Shown: positions 28,021 through 39,544 of the stretch, piece after piece
How the letters are laid out: each line of letters begins with the position of its first letter
How positions within the stretch are numbered: the first letter of the stretch is position 1
Assembly: GCA_951406725.2 (NCBI GenBank)
Contig: OX597819.1
Span: 13,888,001 to 13,952,000, forward strand
From: Octopus vulgaris
Lineage: Eukaryota
Length of the DNA: 64,000 nucleotides
Reading direction: 5' to 3'
Notes under the pieces: model-generated
What the model saw: only the letters and a program-made list of their open reading frames with translations
What the model was told of the DNA's origin: nothing
The model's database searches: none
Made by a program: the position numbers and the translations under genes

Positions 28021-28262
28021 GTGGAAACTCATGGATTAGTGGTTAGGGTGTTGGACTTGTGATTCTAAGATTGTCGTTTCGATTCCTGGACCAGGCAACG
28101 CGTTGTGTTCTTGAGTCAAACACTCCATTTCATGTTGCTCCTGTCCACTCATCTGGTAAAAATGTATAATCCTGCGATGGACCTGCATCTCATCCAGGAA
28201 AGAATATATATATACCAGAGAAATAAGGGAACAGGCCCTACACTCCTTATGGAGTAATGTGG
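28021..28262 (+). mobile_element. tRNA-headed SINE family E
   Basis: TGGATTAGTGGTTAGGGTGTTGGAC...GTTTCGATTCC; colinear with 59764-60260. Confidence 0.75.
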
Positions 28263-28277
28263 ACTAAAGTGGGGGCG

Positions 28278-28490
28278 GGGGGAGCTGGCAGAAATGTTAG
28301 CATGCCGGGCGAAACGCTTAGCAGTATTTTGCCTGTCTTTATGTTCTGAGTTCAAATTCTGTTGAGGTTGACTTTGTCTTTCATCCTTTCGGGGTCGATA
28401 AATTAAGTTCCAGTTGCATACTGGGGTTGATCTAATTGACTGCCGCCTTCCCTCAAAATTTCGGGCCTTGTGTCTAGAGTAGAAAAGAAT
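28278..28490 (+). mobile_element. SINE family C
   Basis: Head, core and CCCTCAAAATTTCGGGCCTTGTG tail. Confidence 0.85.
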
Positions 28491-28804
28491 GGGCTAACCA
28501 TGGCTTGAATTACATTGTTGTTGTGTCTTAGATCTATTGTTCCAAATACAATAACATGCCCTCCACTGAGGAATCTACTACACACACCAACCTGTACTGT
28601 TCAACTATATGTGGTGCAGTGTTATGATCTAAATAGGTTCTTTTCTCTTTACTGTTGCTATTGTTTAACCCCAAGTCACCCCTGATGAAGCAATCTGTGT
28701 TTAAGTACATTCCAGCCATAACCATCTCACCTTTTGGGGATATTTAGAACTACATTGTGTACTGTGTCTGTTCTTTTTTTATGCTTGTTGGCTCTGATTT
28801 AGCT

Positions 28805-29067
28805 CATGGGCATATGGCATAGTGGCTAAGAGTGCAGGCTACTAACTCCAAGATTCCGAGTTCAATTCCAGGCAGTGACCTGAACAATAACAATCATAAT
28901 AATAATCATAATAATAATAATAATAATAATATTGAAAAATACCTTAGGAATGAGAACCCAGGTTCGAAAATTCCCCAAGACACCTGAAGAAGGCTGGAGG
29001 GTACATCAGCTGAAATGTCGTGTTAAACAAACAAGAAGAGGACAAATATCCATCGAATGTAAATAAT
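28805..29067 (+). mobile_element. tRNA-headed SINE-like element carrying a hammerhead motif
   Basis: A box TGGCATAGTGG (28815), B box GAGTTCAATTCC (28858), (AAT)n spacer, hammerhead at 28979-29024. Confidence 0.65.
28979..29024 (+). ncRNA. Minimal hammerhead ribozyme
   Basis: GACAC-CUGAAGA-A-GGCUG..CAGCU-GAAA-UG-UC-GUGUU; stems I and II pair. Confidence 0.65.
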
Positions 29068-29653
29068 CTGATTTAGTTCCTCTGTCAATTTTTTGTTTAG
29101 TTCCAGGTCAGCCCTAATTAACCCAGATCTACATTCAAAGACATTCCCGTCATGACAACTCCACTTGTTTTTTCTGAGAAAAGTATATCAAGGACTACAT
29201 TATTTGATGTGTCCTTTCTATTTTTAAAGCTAGATTTGTGTAACAGGAAGTAGATTTTCATTGCTTTGTTTTTGCGGGTTGAGTAACCATGTAGAGGCAT
29301 CCTTGGTGTCTCAGTGGAGGTGGGTATGGTGGACTCACTCAGAATTTAACAATTATTTATTCATCGATAGACTGATGGACTGATCTACTACATGGAACAC
29401 TGGATTAAAAATCTAGATTAAATACCTTATTATGAAGAAGTACACTGATATCTGTTGAGATTTTTGATAAACAAAATATTTATTGTAAAGTATAGAAGCC
29501 ATCTTATCATGGCTAACCACATTGGGGAGGGGGTGTTACTGTAGCTTTATAGCCCCAAGAGATCTTCGTCTCAAGCTGGCTTTAGACACAATATCAGTGT
29601 CCTTGGAGTATTTGCAAACGGAGGCCATCCCTTCCTCGCAAGCCTGAGTGATA

Positions 29654-29696
29654 CGCTCAGACTAGTTTCGGGATTGTTGTCCCTCGTCAACGGGCG
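29654..29696 (-). ncRNA. Minimal hammerhead ribozyme (C3U)
   Basis: CGCCCG-UUGACGA-GGGA(CAACAA)UCCC-GAAA-CUAG-UC-UGAGCG; palindromic helix III ACUAGU. Confidence 0.7.
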
Positions 29697-29901
29697 GTAA
29701 CCACCAGGTAGCGATGAAAGTGAAGGCTTCTTTGCAAATATATATATAAGTTTTTCTAATGGCGTCTGCCACTGATGTCAAAAAACGAACAGCAAGCATA
29801 ATTAAATCTCAGAATGAGATTGAAACAGTAATCGCTTGTTTTTGTAAACAAAGAAAGATGTTGTCACTACTATAAACAACAAAACACCGAGAGAGTTTAA
29901 A

Positions 29902-29938
<37 letters not shown>

Positions 29939-30269
29939 GGTGTGATTGTAACAGCAGCCAAAGTATGGTTAGCTGATATTGCTGTTGTCATTCGTACATT
30001 GTTTAGCTGCTGTCGGCTTGGATCAGCAGCTGTCCACCATCTGTTTGCCATCTCCTGGTCGTCTCTTCTCTGTTCCCTCTCAATGCTTTCTGTCAGCATA
30101 GCTAAGGTGCACCAAATCTACTGTGATGGTTAGGTTCACAAAGAAGCACAGCCAAAGGATGTTATTGTTGTTGGATGCTGTTCCAAGTGAAGTCTTGATT
30201 GGTCAGATTCTTTTCTATCACCTGGATAATATTCTAAGGAATTGTGACATCAGATATAGTGATCTGATT

Positions 30270-30475
30270 ACTCTTTACTCTTTTAGTTGTTTCAGTCATT
30301 TGACTGGAGCCATGCTGGAGCACTGCCTTTAGTCGAGCAAATCGACCCGAGGACTTATTCTTTGAAAGCAAGCCTAGTACTTATTCTATCGGTCTCTTTT
30401 GTCGAACCGCTAAGTTACGGGGACGTAAACACACCAGCATCAGTTGTCAAGTGATATTGGGGGGGACAAACACAG

Positions 30476-30518
<43 letters not shown>

Positions 30519-30568
30519 TATGACAGGCTTCTTTCAGTTTCTGTCTACCAAATCCACTCACAAGGCTT
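30270..30568 (-). mobile_element. SINE family B, 5'-truncated
   Basis: Family match. Confidence 0.85.
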
Positions 30569-31134
30569 AATCGTGATACCTCACTTGCTACTTAGGTGGA
30601 GGTTAGGCATAACAGTTACTTAAAGGGGTGGAGGCTAAAAAAAAATGGTTAAGAACCCTTGGTCTAGCTCATTGATTCATATTTGTAAATCTGTGTTTGC
30701 ATTCTGAATTCAAATCCCACTAGAATCAATGTTGTCTTTCATCCTTCTGGGGGTCACTGAAATATAGTACCAATCAAGTTCTGGAGCCAATGGAAAGTGG
30801 TTCCCAAATCCTTTCAGGCTGCCACCCCCTTGGCATCCAGATCACATCTCCACCCACCCCCCAACTGACCACTACAAACATAAACTCTTTCTGCAGCAAA
30901 TTCAAAACAACTGTATTTCATAATTACAAGTTAACGTTATTAACCCATTATATTAGGTTTTTTTTTTACATTTATTGCCTCATTTTGGTCATCCCATTAT
31001 CACCCCTCTTTTCTTCAATGTCTCCTGAGTCTTTCCACGGCCCCTCGGGGAGTGCAGTACCGTCTACGTTGGGAACCACTGGACCAATCCACTCCCTTCA
31101 AAAATTGCAGATCTAATGTCAAATCAAAAACCAT

Positions 31135-31545
31135 TATTATTATTGTTATTGCCTTTGCACAGCTTCTAAAACTGGAGATGTACTACAGTGTCAGCTGTTC
31201 ACTACCAGAGAACTAAGATAACACCCCTTATTTTTCAAGCACTATCCAGAGTATTCAAGCGGTTCCAAGCAGTGCTGTTTTCTGCAAGTGCTCCACCCTT
31301 ATTGCAGCCCCTATTTGTTCCATGTACTTCTCGAGATTTTTGCTCACTGTTCCCAGGGCTCCGACAATTATTGGTACTACTGCTACCTTTTTCATCGACC
31401 ACAACTGCTTAACTTCCCAAGCTAACCTATCATATCTCTCGACTTTTCTTTCTTCCTTATCACATACCTTGTTGTCAGCCGGGCATGCTATATCTGTGAT
31501 CCAGCATAGTTTGTTTTCTTACTCAATTAAGACTATGTCCGGCTT
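31135..31545 (-). pseudogene. 3' end of R4/Dong-type non-LTR retrotransposon (restriction-like endonuclease)
   Basis: Minus strand KPDIVLIE*ENKLCWITDIACPAD...KVERYDRLAWEVKQLW...VVPIIVGALG...LQKTALLGTA, then a short UTR and (TAA)n. Confidence 0.8.
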
Positions 31546-31602
31546 GTTGTTGTTGTTGTTGTTGTTGTTGTTCTTCTTCTTCTTCTTCTTATTATTATTA
31601 TT

Positions 31603-31819
31603 AAAGCAGCGAGCTAGCAGAATCGTTAGCATGCCAGGCAAAATGCTTTGCAGTATTTCGTCCGTCCTTACGTTCTGAGTTCAAATTCCGCTGAGATCAA
31701 CTTTGCCTTTCATCCTTTTGGGGTCGATAAATCAAGTACCAGTGCACACTGGGGTCAATCTAAATCGGCTGACCCTCTTCCCCACCAAAATTTCAGGCCT
31801 CGTGCCTATAGTAGAAAGG

Positions 31820-31854
<35 letters not shown>

Positions 31855-32080
31855 GGTGGGGAATCGGCAGAATTGTTAGCACGCCGGTCAAAATGCTTAG
31901 CGGCATTTCGTCCGTCTTTACGTTTCAAGTTCAAATTCTGCCAAGGTTGATTTTGCCATTTTTTCTTTCGGGGGTCGATGAAATAAGTACCAGTTGTGCA
32001 CTGGGTCAGTGTGCACTGTGATCGACTGTTCCCCCCCCTCCCCATAAATTTCAGACTTTGTACCTACAGTAGAAGGTATA
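31603..32080 (+). mobile_element. Two SINE family C copies separated by (TTA)n
   Basis: 31603-31822 and 31853-32080. Confidence 0.8.
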
Positions 32081-32724
32081 ATTGTTAACAAGACAGATGT
32101 ACTCTACATCAGGATAAATCTTTAATGCTTATATCACTGATGATGGTGGTGGTGGTGGTGGTGGTGGTGGCGGCGGCGGCGGTGGTGGTGGTGGCGGTGG
32201 TGGTGGCGGTGGTGGTGAGGATGACGATGATGATAAAGAGGATAACAGTTATTTCAATGATGATTTTTTAGGTAAGGAATGAATAGGATATTTCATTTCA
32301 TTACATTATTGTTGTTCTCAATAATTATTTGTAATGACACGTTATTAGTTGAAGAGGGGGGTTTAATGAGCATCTGCGGTCCAACTTCCTGTGATACTCG
32401 ACTGGCTGGCCATGCTCTATCGCCACAGTCAAACCTGTTTCATTACAGCTGCCTTTGTTATACTGTGTATTGTGTTCTCTATTGCATTAGCTCTGACATC
32501 TAATTATAATTACAGCCGCCATCAGTGAATATACGAATCGAATCGAAGAGGAAACAGCGAGTGGAGGAGAGAGGGGAGAAGTTGAACTAATGTTATATTC
32601 AGTTATCAGACAAACAGGCCGAAGCTTTCTATCCTAACAACATCAATTAAAGTGTGTCCTTGAGCAAGGTTTTTCTCACTGGTTCAGTCTCTTTAGCTGC
32701 AAGTATACTTGAGATAGTTTGTTA

Positions 32725-32940
32725 TTGTTGTTTAGTCCCAGGTCAGCGCTGACTGAATTTAAGAGCAAAGGCGTCTCACTTTTGGCCATTCCGTTTTTTT
32801 GTTAGGCATGGCATAGTGTATCTAGGACCACAGTATCCAATTATTGTGTCATTCCCCTTTCTAAGGCAGTTGGATGGGATTCGAGGGATATTTAGTTACT
32901 ATTTCTACCCAATTGATTGACCACATAGAGGATCTTCTAG
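32725..32940. repeat. Old interspersed repeat family H
   Basis: GTTGTTTA..CCCAGGTCAGC.CTGA motif recurs in degenerate form at ~25755, 28655, 29095 and inverted at ~56900, 61020. Confidence 0.5.
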
Positions 32941-33046
32941 CTCTATTTCTCTAAACTGTATGCATATGTGTGCGCAAACATCCTGCAATCAACGCGCTAG
33001 AGAAACTAATGTCTACATAAAACTCATGTAGCGATTAATAATTATA

Positions 33047-33272
33047 CCTATTTCTTTACTACCCACAAAGGGCTAAACACAGAGGGGACAAACAAGGACA
33101 GACAAATGGATTAAGTCGATTACATCGACCCCAATGCGTAACTGGTACTTTATTTATCGACCCCGAAAGGATGAAAGGTAAAGTCGACCTCGGCGGAATT
33201 TGAACTCAGAACGTAACGGCAGACGAAAGTATTTCGCCCGGCGTGCTAACGTTTCTGCCAGCTCGTCGCCTT
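33047..33272 (-). mobile_element. SINE family C (young)
   Basis: CpG-intact full copy. Confidence 0.9.
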
Positions 33273-33473
33273 TTATAACAATTATACTTGATTAATAATT
33301 ATACTTGTAACATAATCAGTGTGCAGCACGTGCTTTTGTCGCCTCAATAAAATTGTGCAACATGCACTGACGGCTGGTAATTAGGCGGAGCAAATGGAGC
33401 CCACTGGTATATAGAGAAGCGCAGGCGTCGTGTATGCCTGTATTGTATGTCTGATGATAATGTATGGTTCGGT

Positions 33474-33875
33474 TAAGGCGGCGAGCTGGCAGAAACGTTA
33501 GCACGCCGGGCGAAATGCGTAGCCGTATTTTGTCTGCCGTTACGTTCTGAGTTCAAATTCCGCCGAGGTCGACTTTGCCTTTCATCCTTTCGGGGTCGAT
33601 AAATTAAGTACCAGTTATGCACTGGGGTCGATATAATCGACTTAATCCGTTTATCTGTCCTTGTTTGTCCTCTCTGTGTTTAGCCCCTTGTGGGTAGTAA
33701 AGAAATAGGTATTTTGTCTGCCGTTACGTTCTGAGTTCAAATTCCGCCGAGGTCAACTTTGCCTTTCATTCTTTCGGGGTTGATTAAATAAGTACCAGTT
33801 ACGCACTGGGGCCGATATAATCGACTTGCCCCCTTCCCCAAAATTTTGGGCCTTGTGCCTAGAGTAGGAAAGAAT
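33474..33875 (+). mobile_element. SINE family C, internal dimer
   Basis: Head + unit + second unit restarting at GTATTTTGTCTGCCGTTACG + tail. Confidence 0.9.
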
Positions 33876-34125
33876 GTACTGTTTGGTAGCATGCTGTCTT
33901 CTGTCTTAGTTCTGGTAAAAGTGAAAACAGAGACCTGTTCCAGTACTCAGATCAGAAATACCAATCGATTTTAAATTAGCTTCAGAATAACGGTATCGAT
34001 CCTAATCGATTTGGTTACACTTTGTGATTGAAGAGTGAGTCCTGGTATGAACTTAGTTATTTAAATCAACAGAAAGAAACAAGGAGAGAAAATAAAGAAT
34101 GTGTAGTGGCTAGCGATACAGACAT

Positions 34126-34194
<69 letters not shown>

Positions 34195-34209
34195 TATATA
34201 TATACACAC

Positions 34210-34248
<39 letters not shown>

Positions 34249-34320
34249 TACATATATATATATATATATATCACCGTCCAACCCATGCTAGCATGGAGAA
34301 CGGACGTTAAACGATGATGA

Positions 34321-34365
<45 letters not shown>

Positions 34366-34636
34366 TGCTTCATTTTTGTTACCTATTTAATTAAAGACAT
34401 ACCAGCATAAACCATGGGTTTCCCATTGTTATATCCATTTTCTTCTCATATATACACATACATACATATACACACACACACACATACACACACACGCACG
34501 CGTCTCTGAATTTACACGTTTCTATGCATTCCGATCAAATGCAATATGAGTGCGCTGAAACAGCAACTATATATATATATAAAGGAAAATAAGGCATGGT
34601 AGAAAATGCTAAAATGATTTTATCATGAAGCACATT

Positions 34637-34674
34637 TTAGTACCGGTTTCCGTCTTTTAGACTTTTTCAGCCAA
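34637..34674 (-). ncRNA. Hammerhead-like motif (G8A)
   Basis: UUGG-CUGAAAA-AGUCU(AAA)AGACG-GAAA-CCGG-UA-CUAA, in a short element next to (TA)n. Confidence 0.5.
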
Positions 34675-34952
34675 GTGATTTTTATAGTCCCTGTATAGGA
34701 AAATATTTCTATACTTTTCAGACAGACTGTCTCTCTTTCTTTATATTGTGCGCGTGTGTGTGTGTGTGTGTGTTAGCGTCTGTGTTTGTCTTTCATCACC
34801 ACTTAACAACTGGTGTCGGTGTGTACATCCATGTAACCTAGCGGTTCGGCAAAAGTACCAGGCTTAAAAAAAACTAAGGATGTCGATTCGTAGGAGTAAA
34901 ATTCTTGAAAGTGGTACCCCAGCATAGCCGTAGTCTAATGACTGAAACGCAC

Positions 34953-35016
<64 letters not shown>

Positions 35017-35018
<2 letters not shown>

Positions 35019-35250
35019 GGAGTAAACACATAAATGTGAAACAAGGTGGAAAAAGAGAACTCAAATACCAGTGGTAGAGTAATATGCTTTATTTAAAGCA
35101 GCAGAAAATTCAACAAAATCTGTTACTCTGAGTTTCTCGTTGCCGTTCATCAGACAGTTTTTGCTAGCAAAAACTGTCTGATGAACGGCAACGAGAAACT
35201 CAGAGTAACAGATTTTGTTGAATTTTCTGCTGCTTTAAATAAAATAAAGT
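35017..35250. mobile_element. Hammerhead-bearing fold-back element in (TA)n
   Basis: Perfect 78-bp arms 35088-35165 / 35166-35243; family also at 37411 and 38637. Confidence 0.85.
35174..35211 (+). ncRNA. Minimal hammerhead ribozyme (mirror copy on - strand at 35120-35157)
   Basis: CUGU-CUGAUGA-ACG(GCAA)CGA-GAAA-CUCAGAG-UA-ACAG. Confidence 0.75.
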
Positions 35251-35269
35251 ATATATATATATATATATA

Positions 35270-35915
35270 TAAGTTTGAGTAAAAAGTAAGTAATGTTTTG
35301 GACCATGAAGAATTTATACCGGATTTTTGCAGAGTTTTGAATTTTTTTGCAATTGTCTGATAATACAGACATAGACTATCCCAAATGCATCAATAGATGA
35401 ACATTGATATATTTTCACCTTTGTTACAATCATCTGAAATGGAACTATCAAAGTGCGATATTCGAGCAATTTTGCTATTCAACTTCAAAAAAGGACGTAA
35501 AGCAGCTGAAACCGCCTGTTATATCAACGAAACGTTTGGTGAGGAAATGACGAGTGAGTGGTCAGCTCGAAAATGGTTTAAACGATTGCGCAGTGGAGAC
35601 CTGAGCCTTGAAGATCGCGAGCGTAGTGGATACCCATCTGTCGTCGATGCCGGTTAATTATAGACCGTCATTGAGAAAGATCCACGTAAAACCACTTGAG
35701 AACTGGTAAAAAGAACTTCAACTTAGCCAGAAAACTGCCTGCAACCATTTGCATACGATCGGAAAATTAAAAAGGATTGACAAATGGGTACCACACGATT
35801 TGAATGAAAATCGGAAAATGCGCAGATGGGAAATTTGCTCGTCGCTTCTTCTCCGTAACCAGACCAATCCATTTCTCGACCATATTATAACTTGCGATGG
35901 AAAGTGGATGCTTTG
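35270..35915 (+). pseudogene. Mariner transposase pseudogene, 5' half
   Basis: MELSKCDIRAILLFNFKKGRKAAETA...KWFKRLRSGDLSLED; KWVPHDL; IITCDGKW; stops and frameshifts. Confidence 0.85.
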
Positions 35916-36459
35916 AGTTATACTTAGATTGTGATTTCTGCAGTGTGGTGCATAAATTGTCAAGTAATGAGAGGCATCTTTGCCTCCACTGATTCAGTTG
36001 CAAAGTGTTGAGTAAAGTTATTTGGTTGCAGACCTCCTTTCAGTCTTTTTATTATCTCTGGGTCACACATAGTCCCCAGATGGTAACATTCATTTCAAGG
36101 CCTTCCCAGATGGTTATTCAAAAACATTTATAGATTGTAAATTTATTCTGTCCAGTTACATATCAGTATAGTGGTCATTTGCAAACTCCAGAGGTGACAC
36201 TTTCATTTCTCCTTAGCTCTCACGTCACACAGTTGTTAATGTTTATTTCAGTTGGGTCAAACCCTTCCAATTGCTATAGATCCGTAATGCATCTTACGGT
36301 TGTGCCTGTCACCTGTATGGTGAGGAATCCTACTTTGGGAGTGGTAATGACTAGAGTAGGGTAACTGACTGCTTATTGTGATCATTCGTCTTTTGGTTTC
36401 CTGTAGCTTTGCTCTCTTTTACAAACCCGGTGAACATATATTTCCTATTTCAAAGAAAT

Positions 36460-36816
36460 TCAAACAATAGATATAAAACCCAAGTTAAAAAGATTATCAA
36501 TAATTAAACTTCTCTGGTTGACATTAAGACACCCACCCCCAACAGGGGCCTTAACTCCCACATTTTAGAGCTCCATGATCTTCATTTTTCAGTTCTATAA
36601 GACTTGAATTTTGGAATCTGCGCATGAAAATCAGTAGTATGGGCTACATGTGTCATGATTACAATTTTTTAGGGTGTGTAAAGAGGGAAATAACCCTCAT
36701 CTGCAATTTTCATGAAATTCGAATCATAAGTATTCCAGTTCATTACAGAAAATATAACAGAAAAGTCTAATTCTTCAATTGCCTGTAACACGGGCAACGC
36801 CGGGTATCTCTGCTAG
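36460..36816 (+). mobile_element. Helitron-like element (second family)
   Basis: Ends CGGGCAACGCCGGGTATCTCTGCTAG|T; 5' boundary uncertain. Confidence 0.55.
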
Positions 36817-36820
36817 TATG

Positions 36821-36862
<42 letters not shown>

Positions 36863-37229
36863 CATACATACACACACACACATAGAATGGGTGTCCAGCC
36901 ATAAAAGTCTGTCTGATCCATGTGAGCATGCAAAAGTGGATTGCGTGTTCGTTTCTCTTTTTGTCATTTGTGATTTTATTTTTCCTCTTCTATATAAATG
37001 AAGATATTTCCTCCGTCTGGCTGCTTTTCTCTCTACAAAATGGAAAGTCATTTTTAACAGTCATTTTAACGAGTTGTATTTATTTCTCACCCGGCGAGAT
37101 ACATCTGCACCACCGGATGCTCCTGAACCAGTTGTTGAGTGTCCCACCCAAGAGGAATCGATGTTAGATGTGTTGAAACTGTCGTAATTAATCATAAAAT
37201 TCTCGTATATTCCATCTGTCTTTCATTTG

Positions 37230-37395
37230 CTATCTCTATCTCTGTTTATTTCTGTTTTCCTTTCTGTTGAAGAGCGTAGGCTCGAAACATAAAAGACTTT
37301 CTCATTTCTCGAGCGTTAAACTAATACATCTGTTTGTTGTTTACACACCCTTCTTCGTCTTTTGTTTCGTTTTTTTTTCTGTAAATTCCAACTAT
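37230..37395 (+). mobile_element. Hammerhead-bearing short element (mutated core at 37260-37295)
   Basis: CUUU-CUGUUGA-A-GAGC(GUAG)GCUC-GAAA-CA-UA-AAAG; homolog of 45330-45490. Confidence 0.7.
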
Positions 37396-37410
37396 ATATA
37401 TATATATATA

Positions 37411-37597
37411 CCGGAGTAAACACATAAATGTGAAACAAGGTGGAAAAAAGAGTACTCAAATACCAGTGGTAGAGTAATATGCTTTATTCAAAGCTGCAGA
37501 AAATTCAGCAAAACCTGTTACTCTGAGTTTCCCGTTGCCGTTCGTCGGGAAACTCAGAGCAACAGGTTTTGTTGAATTTTCTGCAGCTTTGAATAAA
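37411..37597. mobile_element. Fold-back element, same family as 35017
   Basis: Same terminus CCGGAGTAAACAC; different fold-back point; core CCGACGA on the - strand. Confidence 0.85.
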
Positions 37598-37598
37598 G

Positions 37599-37631
<33 letters not shown>

Positions 37632-37858
37632 CTGTAAAAAGGTTGAATGTAGATTCGTCTTTTAATTTGGAGGTTTCCAAAAAAAGATTTCTATCGTTGA
37701 TTCTTCACATTTTGCTGGTAGTTTAGAGGCGTAAATTTGCGAAGATATGGAAGTAATATTTGTATATGATGTGCGGTGAATTTATGGAAAGAAATCCAAT
37801 AAAACTCATCGATTTAGTTAAAAATGGAGAAGACAAGTTGTTAAAATATATAAAAGTA

Positions 37859-38262
37859 CTAGCAGTATCGCCCGGCGTTGCTCGGGTTTGTAAGGGAAAT
37901 AACTATAAAGCATTTTTAGAGAGTTATAGCCAAAAAATAGCAAAAAAAATGCATTAAAAATGGAAAAAATATGATGGTAAATTTTTTTAAATCGTTGACT
38001 CATCGTAGACATTTTTAGAGAGTTACTTCCCTTATATAATAGCGAAAAAATGCATTAAAATGGAAAAAAATTATGGTAAATTATTTTTTAAAATCGTAGA
38101 CTCATCGTAGATGCGCGCTAATACCCAGACGGGCTCGATATGAATCACGACTATAAGATACCCGGTTTTGGTTAAACTGCACCGCAAAATGTGGGAGTAG
38201 TTAGGAATCTAAATCGGAGGAGACAGACAGCACACAACAACCTCACTTTTATATATAAAAGA
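37859..38262 (-). mobile_element. Non-autonomous Helitron
   Basis: Homolog of 9641-10045 with an internal duplication. Confidence 0.8.
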
Positions 38263-38580
38263 ATATTTATTTATATAAATGCACACACATTATGTGGACA
38301 AATAATGCTTTCAACCGAGACGTTACAAACGTCTGAGTCTTCAAGTGCTTCAGTTCTTTGTATATACATATATTTACTCGATACTGATATTTTGTATGGA
38401 TTCTGTCGTTGTTTTGAAGTACAGTTTTCTGTCATTGATAAAACACACACACATCAATAGAAGTGTGTGTGTGTGTGCGTGTTATATTTTCAGTCATAAT
38501 AAAAACAATTTTATGTTAATCATCGATGACTTAACTGACCGAAACATCGAAGTCAATGTCAATAATATTCTTGTTTAAGA

Positions 38581-38636
<56 letters not shown>

Positions 38637-38638
<2 letters not shown>

Positions 38639-38784
38639 CAAGAACTGTCTGATGAACGGCAACGAGAAACTCAGAGTAACAGATTTTGTTGAATTTTCTG
38701 CTGCTTAAAATAAAGCATATTACTCTACCACTGGTATTTGAGTACTCTTTTTTCCACCTTGTTTCACATTTATGTGTTTACTAC

Positions 38785-38787
<3 letters not shown>
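38637..38787 (+). mobile_element. Monomeric hammerhead element, same family as 35017, in (TA)n
   Basis: Hammerhead at 38645-38682, then ~105 bp ending ACGG-(TA)n. Confidence 0.85.
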
Positions 38788-38829
<42 letters not shown>

Positions 38830-38832
<3 letters not shown>

Positions 38833-39215
38833 CATGGCTGTGTGATAAGAAGCTTGCTTCAAAACCACATGGTTCCAAGTTCAGTCCCACTGCGTGGCAC
38901 CTTGGGCCAGTGTATTCTACCAGAACCTCAGGCCGACTAGAGCCTTGTGTGTGGATTTTGTAGACGGAAACTGAAAGAAGCCCGTCGTATATATATATAT
39001 TATATATATGTGTGTGTGTGTATCTTTGTCTTCCCATCACCGCTTGACAACCGCTGTTGGTGTGTTTACGTCCCTGTAATCTAGCAGTTGAGCAAAAGAG
39101 ACGGATAAAATAAGTACTAGGCTTAAGAAATAAGACCTGGGGTCGATTTGTTCAACTAAAGCCCTTCAAGGCGGTGCTCCAACATGGCCGCAGTCAACTG
39201 ACCGAAAGAAGTAAA
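38830..39215 (+). mobile_element. SINE family B
   Basis: Full copy. Confidence 0.85.
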
Positions 39216-39235
39216 ATATATATATATATTATAAT

Positions 39236-39418
39236 GGGGGCCGGTTTATTAGGTTACCCTGGATTTCTCGCTCGTAAAGGGTTTAGCTTTACGGCGTATC
39301 TTCAGACCCCAAACACTGTTGGCCTAGAGGTTGTAAGCCAGCAGTTTGGGGTCTGAAGATACGCCGTAAGGCGAAACCCTTTATGAGCGAGAAACCCTGG
39401 ATAACCGCATAAATCCCC
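39236..39418. repeat. GC-rich imperfect fold-back with CUGAAGA...GAAA motifs
   Basis: About 80-bp inverted arms. Confidence 0.7.
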
Positions 39419-39544
39419 CACCACCACCACCACCACCAATTATAATATTAACCGCTGTACATCTTAGAGTATGCTTTTCCTTCGGATTTATAACGACATT
39501 ATACATATATATATATATATATAACACAGATACACGCACATACT

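Noticed and set aside
29809-30260. ORF MLTESIEREQRR as a host exon
   Set aside because: Resembles a decayed RTE C-terminus ending in (TAA)n; no splice support.
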